A DNA stretch of 64,000 nucleotides from Longimicrobiales bacterium (GCA_965226375.1 CBDDCX010000007.1:320001-384000), one strand, 5' to 3'; counted from the stretch's first letter, positions 40,914 through 51,126 are shown. Numbers and translations: made by a program. Notes: generated by a model not told the origin, from the letters alone.

Positions 40914-41858
40914 TCAGAACTCGCCCACGAAGGTGATCTCCGGAACCAGGTGATAGCCCTGTTCGCGGGCCACGGTCTCCTGAGCCAGGTCGATGAGCGC
41001 TCGTACGTCGGTGGCGGTGGCCCCCCCGAGGTTGACGATGATGTTGGCGTGTGAGGCGAAGATCTGAGCGTCGCCGTTTATGTGTCCCTTCAGACCGCAT
41101 TGATCGATGAGTCGTCCCGCGCCGATGCCTTCGATCTTCTGGAAGATGGACCCGGCGCTGGGTTGCTGCCGCAGGTCGGGATGGCGCCCCCGGCGCCATT
41201 CAAGATTCTCTCTCATGACCCGGCGGAGCTCTTCTTCCGGCGCTGGAGCGAGGCGAAAGTCGACCGACAGGACGATGTCGTCTCGATCGTGCAGGATGCT
41301 TTGATCGTACCCGAATTCAAAGTAGCTCCGGTCCACGCTTCGCCGCTCGCCCTCCTCGCTCAGGATGTCGGCTGCTTCGACGATCTCCTCGATGAACACC
41401 GTGCGTTCCCGTTCGGGGGCAGGGGACAGGAAGTGCAGATTCTGCCAGATGGCGCCACCCACCGTGCTCGGGATTCCGACGAAGTGATGGAGGCCAGCCA
41501 GCCCCCGTCCGACGGTGGCTTCGATGAGGTCCGGGTAGGTCTCGACGCCGGAGCCGGCCCTCACCAGATCGGACTCGATAAAGTCGACCCCTCCTACTTC
41601 GCAGTGGATCACCACGCCCCTGAAGCCACCGTCACCAACGAGCACGTTAGCACCCTTGCCGAGCAGGAAGTGGGGGATCCCGAGCTCGCGGACGGACAGG
41701 ACGGCCTCTGCGAGCTCGTCCGCCGTGCGGGCACGAAAAAGCCGATCCGCCGGGCCGCCGATCTGAAACGTGGTGAGGGGTGCCAAGGGCACATCGACCT
41801 CCAGCCGCCCCGAGCCCAGTCTCCGCTCGAGCTCGCTGAAGGGTTGGGGGTTCGACAT
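40914..41858 (-). CDS. murB: UDP-N-acetylmuramate dehydrogenase
   Basis: TTFQIGGPA, LGKGANVLVGD, GIPSTVGGA, PSAGSIF, HANIIVN, PE. Confidence 0.93.
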   Translation of the reverse strand: MSNPQPFSELERRLGSGRLEVDVPLAPLTTFQIGGPADRLFRARTADELAEAVLSVRELGIPHFLLGKGANVLVGDGGFRGVVIHCEVGGVDFIESDLVRAGSGVETYPDLIEATVGRGLAGLHHFVGIPSTVGGAIWQNLHFLSPAPERERTVFIEEIVEAADILSEEGERRSVDRSYFEFGYDQSILHDRDDIVLSVDFRLAPAPEEELRRVMRENLEWRRGRHPDLRQQPSAGSIFQKIEGIGAGRLIDQCGLKGHINGDAQIFASHANIIVNLGGATATDVRALIDLAQETVAREQGYHLVPEITFVGEF

Positions 41859-42046
41859 CTTTCTCCGGTCTCTCTCGTGATCGGCATCTGGCTTGGCCGC
41901 GGCAAGATAGGTTAGCGTCAGGCACTTCGGAAACGGACACTGGCTGGGTGCTCGAGGAACTAGACCTTGCAGGAAGTGGGCCAGCGAGTCGGCGGTGATC
42001 AGGCCGCCGCGGTTACCGGAGCCGGAGCAACCGGAGGTTCAGCCAG

Positions 42047-42400
42047 GTGCACTACACGGTCGTCTACGACGGAGATTGCTCCGTCTGCAATCGGTTTGCA
42101 GACGGTCTGACACGGTGGGATCGCGAAGAGATTCTCGAAATCGTTCCCTCCCAGAAGACCGGCGTGAAGGACCGCTTTCCCTGGATCACGCCGGAGGCCT
42201 TCGAGGCGTCGATCCAGCTCGTCGCGTCCGATGGCACCACCTGGTCCGGGGCGGCCGCTTTGGAGACGCTCCTGGGCATTCTACCCCGAGGGCGCTGGCT
42301 CGGCTGGGTGTTTGGAATCCCCTGCGTGCGTCCCGCTGCAGAGTGGAGCTACCGTCTGTTCGCCGGCAACCGCCGCCGCATGGGGTGTCGAATCAGGTAG
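42047..42400 (+). CDS. DCC1-like thiol-disulfide oxidoreductase (DUF393)
   Basis: VVYDGDCSVC, Y..FA.NR. Confidence 0.85.
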   Translation: MHYTVVYDGDCSVCNRFADGLTRWDREEILEIVPSQKTGVKDRFPWITPEAFEASIQLVASDGTTWSGAAALETLLGILPRGRWLGWVFGIPCVRPAAEWSYRLFAGNRRRMGCRIR

Positions 42401-42402
42401 TG

Positions 42403-42936
42403 TCAGTTGTTCTCCGCCTCGCGTCTGTAGTGTCCGTCGAAGGTCACGGACCAGGTGGCGCCGTCGTCCGTGGACGTCTCCCAGAGTTGCCTTACATGAT
42501 CCGGATCACCGCCCTCGACGGACCAGGTGATCCGATTGACGACGGCGACACCGCTCTGACCGACTCCGGGACCCTGGAGGATCATCTTTCCATCGTCGAT
42601 TCCGCCGTCCATCTGGAGCAGTAGCCCCCCGTTGTCGACCCAGCTCTGGTGCCATACGCCACGGGCGGCGTCGTAGATGTTGAAGCTCTGTCCCTCGTAC
42701 CCCGTGGGGGTCGTGTAGCTCTCGTGAAGAAAGCAGTCGGTGACGCGTCGTATCGTGTTGTGCCCCACCACAGCGCCCGCGAGGTTCTCGACGCGCCAGG
42801 TTCCCACCCAGAAGTCGAACTGACGGTGTGCGTCTCCGTCACAGGATCTGTTCTGTGCCGCGAGGTCGGTCGGCAGAACGATCACTGCGCAGACGAAGAG
42901 GGCCGGGATCAGGTGTGGGAGTCTGTGGTGGCACAT
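42403..42936 (-). CDS. Exported hypothetical beta-barrel-like protein
   Basis: Signal peptide, QFDFWVGTW, WHQSWVDN, STDDGATW..FDG.Y. Confidence 0.8.
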   Translation of the reverse strand: MCHHRLPHLIPALFVCAVIVLPTDLAAQNRSCDGDAHRQFDFWVGTWRVENLAGAVVGHNTIRRVTDCFLHESYTTPTGYEGQSFNIYDAARGVWHQSWVDNGGLLLQMDGGIDDGKMILQGPGVGQSGVAVVNRITWSVEGGDPDHVRQLWETSTDDGATWSVTFDGHYRREAENN

Positions 42937-43029
42937 ATCGGGCGTCCTCGATGTTCAACGCGGAACTGGAAACTCGTCATGGGCAACATACGCTCGCTCC
43001 GGGACAGTCTTTCGTGCTCGCACTTCTAT

Positions 43030-43092
43030 CTACGATAAGTCTCGTTGACCGGTCAAAGTCGACAGGCTACACTACTACTAGTTCTATCGTAG
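43030..43092 (+). promoter_or_regulatory. sigma70 promoter of blaI flanked by two palindromic operators
   Basis: TTGACC (43045)-17-TACACT (43068); CTACGA-N6-TCGTTG at 43030-43047 and CTACTA-N6-TCGTAG at 43075-43092. Confidence 0.8.
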
Positions 43093-43108
43093 ATAAGAGG
43101 AGGCAAGG

Positions 43109-43477
43109 GTGAAGGACGTGGTATTCACGGAGCGTGAGCTCGATGTGATGGCGGTTCTCTGGGACCACTGTTCGGCCACCGTGGCGGACGTGCGGGAACG
43201 ATTGACTGACGAGTTGGCCTACACGACGGTCCTCACGATTCTCCGCACGCTGGAGGACAAGGGATATGTGAGTCACCGACCCGAGGGTCGGGCGTACCGG
43301 TACCATCCGCTCGTCGACCGTGAAGAGGCTCGGGTGAGCCATCTGAACCGGTTGACTCAGAAGCTCTTTTCCGGGTCGACCGAGCGTCTGCTCACCCACC
43401 TCGTTGCCGAGCGTGGTATGTCCGAGGAGGAGCTGGAGCGACTCCGAGGACTGCTGAATCAGAGACTGGAGGGGTAG
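43109..43477 (+). CDS. BlaI/MecI/CopY-family transcriptional repressor
   Basis: RELDVMAVLW, LAYTTVLTIL..LEDKG, LF.GS...LL..LV. Confidence 0.93.
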   Translation: MKDVVFTERELDVMAVLWDHCSATVADVRERLTDELAYTTVLTILRTLEDKGYVSHRPEGRAYRYHPLVDREEARVSHLNRLTQKLFSGSTERLLTHLVAERGMSEEELERLRGLLNQRLEG

Positions 43478-43479
43478 GG

Positions 43480-44448
43480 ATGTTGGTGACGTGGATGATT
43501 TATTGCACGGTGTTGGCAACGCTCCTGGCTGGAGGTGCTTGGCTCCTCGAGAAGCTGGTGCACCTCCATCGTGGGGAGACCCGGCGGGTTTGGGCCGTTG
43601 CGCTCCTCGGGGCGGTTCTGGGGCCGGTTTTCATGTGGCTGCGGGATGCGGAAAGTGGTATGGTCGGCGGATCGTATACGATCGGGTTCCTGGTGGAAGC
43701 CATGGATCCGTTCTTCCTCGAGGTGGTCCAGGGACCGTTGACCACTGGCTGGGCCGCGCTCTCCGGGCTGATGCTCCTGTATCTGGTGGTCTCGTGGGTG
43801 CGGACCAGCCGCAGACGGCTGGAATGGCGCCGCGACCGTGTCGAGGGTGAGCCGGTCCTGGTCTCGAGAGATGTGGGGCCGGCCGTGGTGGGCTTCTTCC
43901 CGGGAGAGATCGTCCTGCCCGAGTGGGCCCTCGCTGTCGAGGCCTCTGAGCGTCGCCTGATGATGGACCATGAGCGCGAGCATTTGAGGGCGAGGGATCC
44001 TCAACTCCTCTGGCTGTCCCTCGTGATGCTCTCCGCCATGCCCTGGAATCCGGCTCTCTGGTGGATCGCCGGCCGCCTTCGGCTTGCGGTCGAGGTGGAC
44101 TGTGATGGACGTGTTCTGGCCGGAGAGCGGTGGGATACGCGCCAATACGGGTCACTACTCCTGGAGGTCGGCAGGCGGGGGAGTCGATGGAGTCGGGGGA
44201 TGGCGGCGTTCTCGAGGCCGTTGAGCACGCTCGAGCATCGGATTCTGCGTATGACCGATCGGGAGCGCGGACCGAGATGGTTCAAGAGGGGTGCGCTGAT
44301 CGCTGGTGTGACCGCCGCGTTGGTGGGTGCCTGGATGCTCCCGACGCCTCCTCCGTTGGGTGCGTGGAGCGGCTTCAGCTGTTGTTGTGATGACAGCGCG
44401 TCCGTCACCGCCTCGGTCGGGGAGCAGGTGAGCGAGCGCCGGTCGTAG
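43480..44448 (+). CDS. BlaR1/MecR1-type M56 membrane metallopeptidase without a penicillin-binding domain
   Basis: HEREH, PWNP.LWW, EVDCD, LEHRI..M; short C-terminal tail with CCC. Confidence 0.9.
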   Translation: MLVTWMIYCTVLATLLAGGAWLLEKLVHLHRGETRRVWAVALLGAVLGPVFMWLRDAESGMVGGSYTIGFLVEAMDPFFLEVVQGPLTTGWAALSGLMLLYLVVSWVRTSRRRLEWRRDRVEGEPVLVSRDVGPAVVGFFPGEIVLPEWALAVEASERRLMMDHEREHLRARDPQLLWLSLVMLSAMPWNPALWWIAGRLRLAVEVDCDGRVLAGERWDTRQYGSLLLEVGRRGSRWSRGMAAFSRPLSTLEHRILRMTDRERGPRWFKRGALIAGVTAALVGAWMLPTPPPLGAWSGFSCCCDDSASVTASVGEQVSERRS

Positions 44449-44464
44449 GGTCGCACTCCATCAT

Positions 44465-44526
44465 ATACTAGATATATAGTTGACAACCGTTCCGGGCCGC
44501 CGTACATTCTACTATATCTCTAGTAG
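44465..44526 (+). promoter_or_regulatory. sigma70 promoter of the DUF5916-like gene flanked by two palindromic operators
   Basis: TTGACA (44480)-17-TACATT (44503); ATACTA-N6-TAGTTG at 44465-44482 and CTACTA-N6-TAGTAG at 44509-44526. Confidence 0.85.
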
Positions 44527-44532
44527 GTCCAT

Positions 44533-46923
44533 GTGCGGGGAGGGGTGGAATGGTCCGGGTCCGTCGTGGCGGTGTGGGGAAGAACGAGGGTGCGTGCGGC
44601 TTTGGTGACGTGCGCCATCTGGGGGACCCTGGGCGCAGGGTCGCTGACGGGTCAGACGGCCCGGGCCACTTCTTCCGGCCAAGGCTCTTCCGGGTCTTCG
44701 GCACCCTACCGCATCACCGACGACGGGCGCTTCGAGTTCGCGGTCAGGCCCGCTGACGACGTCATCCGGGTAGACGGATTCCTCGACGAAGACGCTTGGC
44801 TCACGGCCACCCGCGTTTCTCTTCCCTACGAGACCAATCCGGGCAACAGCACGCCGGCACCCGTGGACACCCACTGTCTGGTCACGTTCGACCAGGACAA
44901 CCTGTACTTCGCGTGCGAGGCGGTGGATCCCGATCCCGAGGCCATTCGGGCCTACGTCACCGACCGCGACGACACGGACGGACACGACCGCATCGTGTTG
45001 ACCCTGGACCCCTTCAACGATGCGAGGCGTGGGTTCCAGTTCGGCGTCTCCGCTCTTGGAGTCCAATTCGACGCCGTCTTCTCACCCAACGGAGGAGGGG
45101 GAGGCGATGGTGATCGCATGCAGGGCCCGAGCGCCCCGTCTTGGGACGCGATATGGAATTCCTCCGGACGGATCACGGAGAGGGGTTACCTGATCGAAGC
45201 TTCCATTCCCTTCAGATCATTGCGCTTTCCGAGTTCGTCGGGAGTCCAGACCTGGGGATTCTTCGTGACGCGCGAGTGGCCCAGAAGTGATCGGGTAGAG
45301 ACTCGTTCCATGACCTGGAACCGGGACAACGCTTGCGTTCTCTGCCAGGCGAATCTGCTCACCGGCTTCTCTGGAATCAGCTCGGGCCGAAACCTGGAGA
45401 TGACTCCGACGTTCACATCCGGACGTACGGACACCCGGAGCACGGTCCTGGAAGGAGAGCTCGAAAGCGGGGCCGTGGTGAGAGAGTTCGGGCTCGACGG
45501 CATGTGGGGGATCACTACCGACCTGACGTTGAACGCCACGCTCAACCCGGACTTCTCACAGGTGGAGGCTGATGTGGCCCAACTCGGGGTCAACGACCGA
45601 TTCGCTCTCTTCTTTCCGGAGAAACGGCCGTTCTTTCTCGAGGGTGCCGACCTCTTCAGCACTCCGGTTCAGGCCTTCTTCAGCCGGACGATCGCTGATC
45701 CGCAGCTCGGCTCCAAGGTCACAGGCAAGATGGGATCGAACGCCGTCGGGGCCGTCGTGACCCGAGACGCGGTAAACCGCATTGTCGTTCCGGGAGAGCT
45801 CTCGTCGCAGAGCGTGACGCTCGACGGGACGGCGGTTACCACGGTCGGGCGTTTTCGCCGAGACGTCGGCGGCTCGTCTACGGTGGGTGCCCTCTACACC
45901 GGTAGGGAGGGAGACGCTTATTTCAACCGAGTCGGGGGTGTCGACGGCTTTTTTAGACTCGCCTCGGCACTGACCGCCCGCTTCCAGTACCTGCACTCGG
46001 AGACGGAATACCCTGAGACGCTGCCGCTCGGCTTGGATCAGCCCAGTGGAGCGTTTGGAGGGGACATCGCGAAGGCATCCCTGCAGTACGACACTCACGA
46101 CTGGTTCGTCGACCTGAATGGGCAGTATGTCGGAGACGGGTTCCGGGCCGATGCAGGCTTCGTTAATCAGGTGAACATCCGAGGCATGCAGACGATGGTT
46201 GAACGGAATTTCTGGGGGGACGAGGGCGACTTCTATACCGTGCTCACCGTTACCGGGGGGGGCTGGCACAACGAGAACCTCGAGGGCCGCCTCATCGGAG
46301 AGGGTATGTGGACCTTCTTCCGATTCCGTGGAGCGAAGCAGAGTGAGCTGTGGATCAATCCCAACTTGAGACGACAGTTCTTCGACGGTGAGACGGGACG
46401 TCTGTTGCAGTTGTGGTTCGGTGGCTCTCTCCAACCGAGCGGAATGCTGCGAGTGGAGATGTCCGGCAACGTGGGTACCGATTTCGACTACACCAACGGT
46501 GGGCTCGGTCGGGGCTTCCGGCTGAGCCCGACGGTGGACCTACGACTCGGTCGGCGAGTTCACTTCAGGCTCGGACACACCTTCCAGCGTCTCAACACCC
46601 TGGACGGGGAAGAGATCTTCCGAGCCGGTCTGTCTCAGGTGCGTGCGGTATACAACTTCAGTCCCCGGTCATTCGTTCGGGCCATAATCCAGTACCGGGA
46701 CACACATCTGAATCCGGAGACCCACGAAGAGGAGGTGAACCGGTCCGCGTCGGCAGTGTTCACTCAACTACTGTTTTCATACAAGGTGAATCCGCAGACG
46801 GTGGTCTTCCTCGGTTACACGGACAACCGAGACGCTTTCACGGACCAGGACTTCGTCCGAAGGCCTCTGACGCAGTCGGATCGCGCCCTGTTCCTCAAGC
46901 TCGGGTATGCGTTTCGCCCATGA
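44533..46923 (+). CDS. CBM9-like domain plus DUF5916-like outer-membrane protein
   Basis: VDGFLDEDAW, E.SIPFRSLRF, ATLNPDFSQVEAD, FFPEKRPFFLEG, C-terminal FLKLGYAF; start uncertain. Confidence 0.82.
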   Translation: MRGGVEWSGSVVAVWGRTRVRAALVTCAIWGTLGAGSLTGQTARATSSGQGSSGSSAPYRITDDGRFEFAVRPADDVIRVDGFLDEDAWLTATRVSLPYETNPGNSTPAPVDTHCLVTFDQDNLYFACEAVDPDPEAIRAYVTDRDDTDGHDRIVLTLDPFNDARRGFQFGVSALGVQFDAVFSPNGGGGGDGDRMQGPSAPSWDAIWNSSGRITERGYLIEASIPFRSLRFPSSSGVQTWGFFVTREWPRSDRVETRSMTWNRDNACVLCQANLLTGFSGISSGRNLEMTPTFTSGRTDTRSTVLEGELESGAVVREFGLDGMWGITTDLTLNATLNPDFSQVEADVAQLGVNDRFALFFPEKRPFFLEGADLFSTPVQAFFSRTIADPQLGSKVTGKMGSNAVGAVVTRDAVNRIVVPGELSSQSVTLDGTAVTTVGRFRRDVGGSSTVGALYTGREGDAYFNRVGGVDGFFRLASALTARFQYLHSETEYPETLPLGLDQPSGAFGGDIAKASLQYDTHDWFVDLNGQYVGDGFRADAGFVNQVNIRGMQTMVERNFWGDEGDFYTVLTVTGGGWHNENLEGRLIGEGMWTFFRFRGAKQSELWINPNLRRQFFDGETGRLLQLWFGGSLQPSGMLRVEMSGNVGTDFDYTNGGLGRGFRLSPTVDLRLGRRVHFRLGHTFQRLNTLDGEEIFRAGLSQVRAVYNFSPRSFVRAIIQYRDTHLNPETHEEEVNRSASAVFTQLLFSYKVNPQTVVFLGYTDNRDAFTDQDFVRRPLTQSDRALFLKLGYAFRP

Positions 46924-47139
46924 CCCTACGCGAAGCGATTCGCCAATGCGCTCCACCGAGATCGCAGTGACCCTGCCTCAGGTCCACGTGTACTGACTTG
47001 ATCAAGACGCGTTGGCGACAGTCGAGAGGCCCGTTCGCCCGGCGTTCGCCCGCCGGTCGCCCCCCCGAGTCGATCCGTAGGAACGGTCTTCCAGGCCGGC
47101 GGGCTCGCTCTTCTTACGCATTCGGGCGGTATTCCCGGG

Positions 47140-47269
47140 TGTTCGCTAATGGGAAGGGGGGTCCCGCAGACGAGCATATCCGAGAGAAAGCCACCAGAGC
47201 GTGTGCGCTACGTAATTCGTTGATATACAACGGCTTACATGAGATTTCCGTTTTTGGCACGAAGCTTCC
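47140..47269 (+). promoter_or_regulatory. sigma54-type promoter with enhancer and IHF site, upstream of tolC
   Basis: TGGCACG-N4-TTCC at 47255-47269; IHF consensus TATCAA-cgaa-TTA on the minus strand at 47213-47225; TGTTCG-N5-GGGAA at 47140 with an inverted copy at 47161-47176. Confidence 0.65.
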
Positions 47270-47408
47270 GTTAGAAAACGAACGAACACGGTCTTTGGGG
47301 TTCGATCGGAGGGTGCGGTGCACGGTGTGGCAGTGACGGTTAGCGAAGTTGGCTGGCTCCGGTCGAATCCCTTTCCGTTTTTCTATAAACGAGCCTGGAG
47401 GTGGGACG

Positions 47409-48929
47409 TTGACTCGAGTCCTAGACATCGATATGAGCGAAGCTAAGCGAGCCCTGACTCTGGCCGCGGCGGCCTTGATGGCCACAGCCACCATGGCCCT
47501 TGGACAAGAACGGCTGACTCTCCAAAGTGCCATCGATCTGGCCCGGGAGAACAACCCGACCTTCCTGGCTACGCAGAATGACGAGGCCGTGTTCGACTGG
47601 GCCATGCGGGAGGCGGTCTCGAACCTTTTCGTTCCTCAGTTGACTGTCTTCGGGCAGGCGGGTTATCGAGCGCCCGGGGTTTCGCGGACCGGAACGATCA
47701 CCACGGGAGGAGTCGACCAGGGCGCCCAATACACGTCGTTCTATCAGTTTCAGGCCCGCTACACGCTTGACGGCAACACCCTATTCGGCGTCCCCAGTGC
47801 GAAGGCCGACCGCAACGCCGCGCACGCGCGCACCATGGCGGCCGAGTTCACCATGGAGTCGCTGGTAACGCTACAGTATATGACTGCCCTAAGGGCGCGA
47901 GATCAGGTGGAGGTCGCTCGGCGTCAGGTCGATCGCTCCATCCAGAACCTCGAAATCGCCCAGGCCCGCGTGGACGCTCAGGCCGCAATCGTTACGGATG
48001 CCAAGCAGGCGCAGGTTCAGCTCGGCCGGGATTCGGTGTCGCTGCTCCAGTTCGAGTCGTCGCTTCGCGTGGAGACGTTCCGCCTGCTCGAGAACATCGG
48101 ATTCAACCTGGAGAACGAAGTCGAGCTCGTGAGCGAGTTCGCCGTGTTCGAGCCCACCTGGACCAACGGGGCGCTCATCTCTGGCGCTCTGGAGTCGCAT
48201 CCACAGCTCAAGGCCTTCGAGGCCAGCGAAGGCGCCCGCAAGGCGAACCTTCGGCAAGCGAGGAGCACCTATTTCCCGCGTTTGACGCTCGCTGCCCAAT
48301 GGCAAGGATTCACGCAGGAGATCCAGAACGGCCAGTTTCTGGTGAATAGCGCGGAAAATGGCGCTCTCAGCAGGATAGCGGACTGCGAAATGTTTAACGA
48401 CATTTCGGCCGGCCTGCCTTCACCCCTGTCTGGCTTCCCTCAGAACTGCTCCTCCCTGACTCTCTCGGATGCGGGTCGCGAGGCGATTCTCTCGGGAAAC
48501 AGTGCGTTTCCGTTCAGCTTCAACAACCAGCCGTTCCAGGCCCAGTTGAGCGTCAGCTTTCCGATCTTCAACGGCTTCGCCCGTGAGCGACAGGCGTCAC
48601 AGGCCGCCAACGCCTACGAGGACGCGGTCCACTTCCGCCGTGCGGAGGAGCTGCGTTTGAGGACCGCGGTAACGTCGGCCCACGATGCTTTGGCAACAGG
48701 CTACAACATCGTACAGGTCGAAGAGCGCAACCGCGTAGTGGCCGGTGAACAGTTGGAGCTGGCCCGGGCCCGCTACACCTTGGGAGCGGACAACTTTCTG
48801 GTGCTACTCGATGCGGAGCGTACTACGGCTGATGCAGAGCGCGCCTATCTGGACGCACTTTATACGTTCCACATCGAGCTTGCGAATCTGGAAAATGCTG
48901 TGGGGCGGCGGCTTCGCCCCGACGCGTAG
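47409..48929 (+). CDS. TolC-family outer membrane protein
   Basis: GGAGG RBS and TTG start, signal peptide, LTLQSAI, RYTLGA.NF..LLDAE. Confidence 0.9.
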   Translation: MTRVLDIDMSEAKRALTLAAAALMATATMALGQERLTLQSAIDLARENNPTFLATQNDEAVFDWAMREAVSNLFVPQLTVFGQAGYRAPGVSRTGTITTGGVDQGAQYTSFYQFQARYTLDGNTLFGVPSAKADRNAAHARTMAAEFTMESLVTLQYMTALRARDQVEVARRQVDRSIQNLEIAQARVDAQAAIVTDAKQAQVQLGRDSVSLLQFESSLRVETFRLLENIGFNLENEVELVSEFAVFEPTWTNGALISGALESHPQLKAFEASEGARKANLRQARSTYFPRLTLAAQWQGFTQEIQNGQFLVNSAENGALSRIADCEMFNDISAGLPSPLSGFPQNCSSLTLSDAGREAILSGNSAFPFSFNNQPFQAQLSVSFPIFNGFARERQASQAANAYEDAVHFRRAEELRLRTAVTSAHDALATGYNIVQVEERNRVVAGEQLELARARYTLGADNFLVLLDAERTTADAERAYLDALYTFHIELANLENAVGRRLRPDA

Positions 48930-49003
48930 GACCCGATCACGACCATTCTCGTCGAGCGGCTGAGGCCGAGTCGGCGCCTAACGACTAGAGAGCGAGGAAA
49001 TTC

Positions 49004-50257
49004 GTGGATATCCCCCGCGATCCGAAACCGAAAACCAGAAAAAGGGTCATCCAGTGGTCGGTTGCCGCCATCGGCGTCATCCTGATCACGGGCATGCTCA
49101 GGAACCTCCAGCCGGCGGCGCCCAGCGTTGACGCTGCCACCGTCTGGATGGACACGGTCCAGCACGGGACCATGGTGCGGCAGGTCCGGGGCCCGGGCAC
49201 GTTGGTGCCTGAGCGGATGCGGTGGCTCACGGCTCTCACCGCCGGCCGCGTCGAGCAGATCATCATTTTGCCCGGCACGGAGATCGAGGCGAACACCGTC
49301 ATCATCCGCATGAGCAATCCGGACGTCGAGGTACAGTTGCTCCAGGCCCAGCAACAACTCTCCAGCGCCGAAGCCCAGCTAATCCAGCTCCGCTCGACTT
49401 TGCTAACGCAACGCCTTACGCAGGCCGGTCTGGTGGCCCAGACGCGTACGCTCTATCACAACGCTCAGCGTGATCACGCCACGAACCAACGACTCTACGA
49501 CACGAATCCCGAGCTGGTCGCCGCCACCGAGCTGGCACGGACCGGCGACGCGGTGTCTGAGTTCGAGGAGCGTATCAGGCTCGAAGAGGAGCGACTGGCG
49601 GTCTTCGAGTCGTCCGTCGACGACCAGTTGAATGCCCAGAAGATCCAGATCAGCCGGCTCTCGGACATCGTCAAGTTCAATCAGGACCGGGTCGCCTCTT
49701 TCCAGGTGACTGCCGGTGTCTCCGGGGTGTTGGCCGAGCTGCCGCTGGAAGAAGGTCAGTGGGTTCAGTCCGGCGGCACGTTGGCCCGTGTGGTGCAGCC
49801 GGGGCGGCTCAAGGCGGAGATCCGGATTCCGCAGACCCAGGCTCAGGACATAGCGGCCGGACAGCTGGCATACATCGACACGCGAAACGATACGATCGAG
49901 GGTCGTGTGGTCCGCATCGACCCGTCCGTTCAGAACGGGACGGTGACCATCGACGTGGCGCTGCCGGCCGACTTGCCGCGGAGCGCGCGTCCAGATTTGA
50001 GCGTGGACGGAAACGTGGTCATCCAGCGACTGGACGACGTGACCTACGTGGGAAGGCCGGCTTACGGCCAAGCCAACCAGAGGGTCGGCATGTTCAAGTT
50101 GGTCGAAGAGGGTCAGTTCGCCGAGCGCGTCAACGTCATGTTGGGAGCGAGCTCGGTGAACGAAATCGAAGTGCGGGAAGGGCTCGAGCCCGGCGACATC
50201 GTGATCCTGTCGGACATGTCCCAGTGGGACGGATTCGATCGGGTACGCTTGAGATAG
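49004..50257 (+). CDS. Periplasmic adaptor (HlyD/MacA-like MFP)
   Basis: N-terminal TM, VRGPGTLVPE, long coiled coil, RIDPSVQNGTV, GLEPGD.VILSD. Confidence 0.9.
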   Translation: MDIPRDPKPKTRKRVIQWSVAAIGVILITGMLRNLQPAAPSVDAATVWMDTVQHGTMVRQVRGPGTLVPERMRWLTALTAGRVEQIIILPGTEIEANTVIIRMSNPDVEVQLLQAQQQLSSAEAQLIQLRSTLLTQRLTQAGLVAQTRTLYHNAQRDHATNQRLYDTNPELVAATELARTGDAVSEFEERIRLEEERLAVFESSVDDQLNAQKIQISRLSDIVKFNQDRVASFQVTAGVSGVLAELPLEEGQWVQSGGTLARVVQPGRLKAEIRIPQTQAQDIAAGQLAYIDTRNDTIEGRVVRIDPSVQNGTVTIDVALPADLPRSARPDLSVDGNVVIQRLDDVTYVGRPAYGQANQRVGMFKLVEEGQFAERVNVMLGASSVNEIEVREGLEPGDIVILSDMSQWDGFDRVRLR

Positions 50258-50346
50258 CGCAGCATGAAGAGGTACTGGGGGGGACCTCGAAGGTCCGATC
50301 GGGAACGGAAATCGATGAAGAACCGAGGTTTACTGGAACGGGAGGG

Positions 50347-51105
50347 ATGATGGAGAACGGTGGCGAGAAGAACGGGACGGCTCTGATCGACCTACAGGGG
50401 CTGAGCAAAGTCTTCTATACGGAAGAGGTGGAGACCCACGCTCTTTCCGAGATTCATTTGAGTATCAAGGCAGGCGAGTTCGTCTCCATCGCGGGTCCTT
50501 CGGGCTGTGGTAAGACCACGCTTCTGTCGATCCTCGGGCTGCTGGACTCGCCCACCATGGGTGACTATCTGCTCGACGGCGAGCCGGTGGCGAACCTCAC
50601 GGCGTCGCAGCGTGCCAAGATCCGTAATCAGGCCATCGGGTTCGTCTTCCAGGCGTTCAACCTGATCGGCGATCTGACGGTCTACGAAAACGTCGAGCTT
50701 CCGCTCACATACCGCGGAATGGCCGGTGGCGAGCGCAAGGAGCGAGTCCACGCGTCGCTGGAGCGCGTGGGTATGGCTCATCGCATGACGCACTATCCCA
50801 GCCAGCTCTCAGGTGGTCAGCAGCAGCGCGTGGCGGTAGCCCGGGCCATTGTGGGCAAGCCCCTCATCCTGCTGGCGGACGAGCCCACGGGTAACCTGGA
50901 CTCGAAGAACGGCAACGCGGTCATGGACCTGATGAACGAGCTCCATGACGAAGGGGCCACGATCTGCATGGTCACGCACGACCCGCGTTACTCCGCAGTT
51001 GCGGAACGCTCGGTGCACCTCTTCGACGGCCAGGTCGTCGACGAAGAGGACGCCCTGCGCGAGGAGCATGCGCACGAGTTGGAGGAGAGTGGCTTCGACG
51101 TATAA
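50347..51105 (+). CDS. ABC ATP-binding protein (MacB/LolD-type NBD)
   Basis: GPSGCGKTT, LSGGQQQR, LADEPTGNLDS, VTHD. Confidence 0.94.
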   Translation: MMENGGEKNGTALIDLQGLSKVFYTEEVETHALSEIHLSIKAGEFVSIAGPSGCGKTTLLSILGLLDSPTMGDYLLDGEPVANLTASQRAKIRNQAIGFVFQAFNLIGDLTVYENVELPLTYRGMAGGERKERVHASLERVGMAHRMTHYPSQLSGGQQQRVAVARAIVGKPLILLADEPTGNLDSKNGNAVMDLMNELHDEGATICMVTHDPRYSAVAERSVHLFDGQVVDEEDALREEHAHELEESGFDV

Positions 51106-51126
51106 CGGAGCCTTAGTTGGGTGTGG

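Noticed and set aside
46930..47135. Possible structured ncRNA or riboswitch in GC-rich intergenic DNA (also 25970-26165 and 51165-51325)
   Set aside because: Hairpins can be drawn but I recognise no family motif; an Infernal/Rfam search would be needed.
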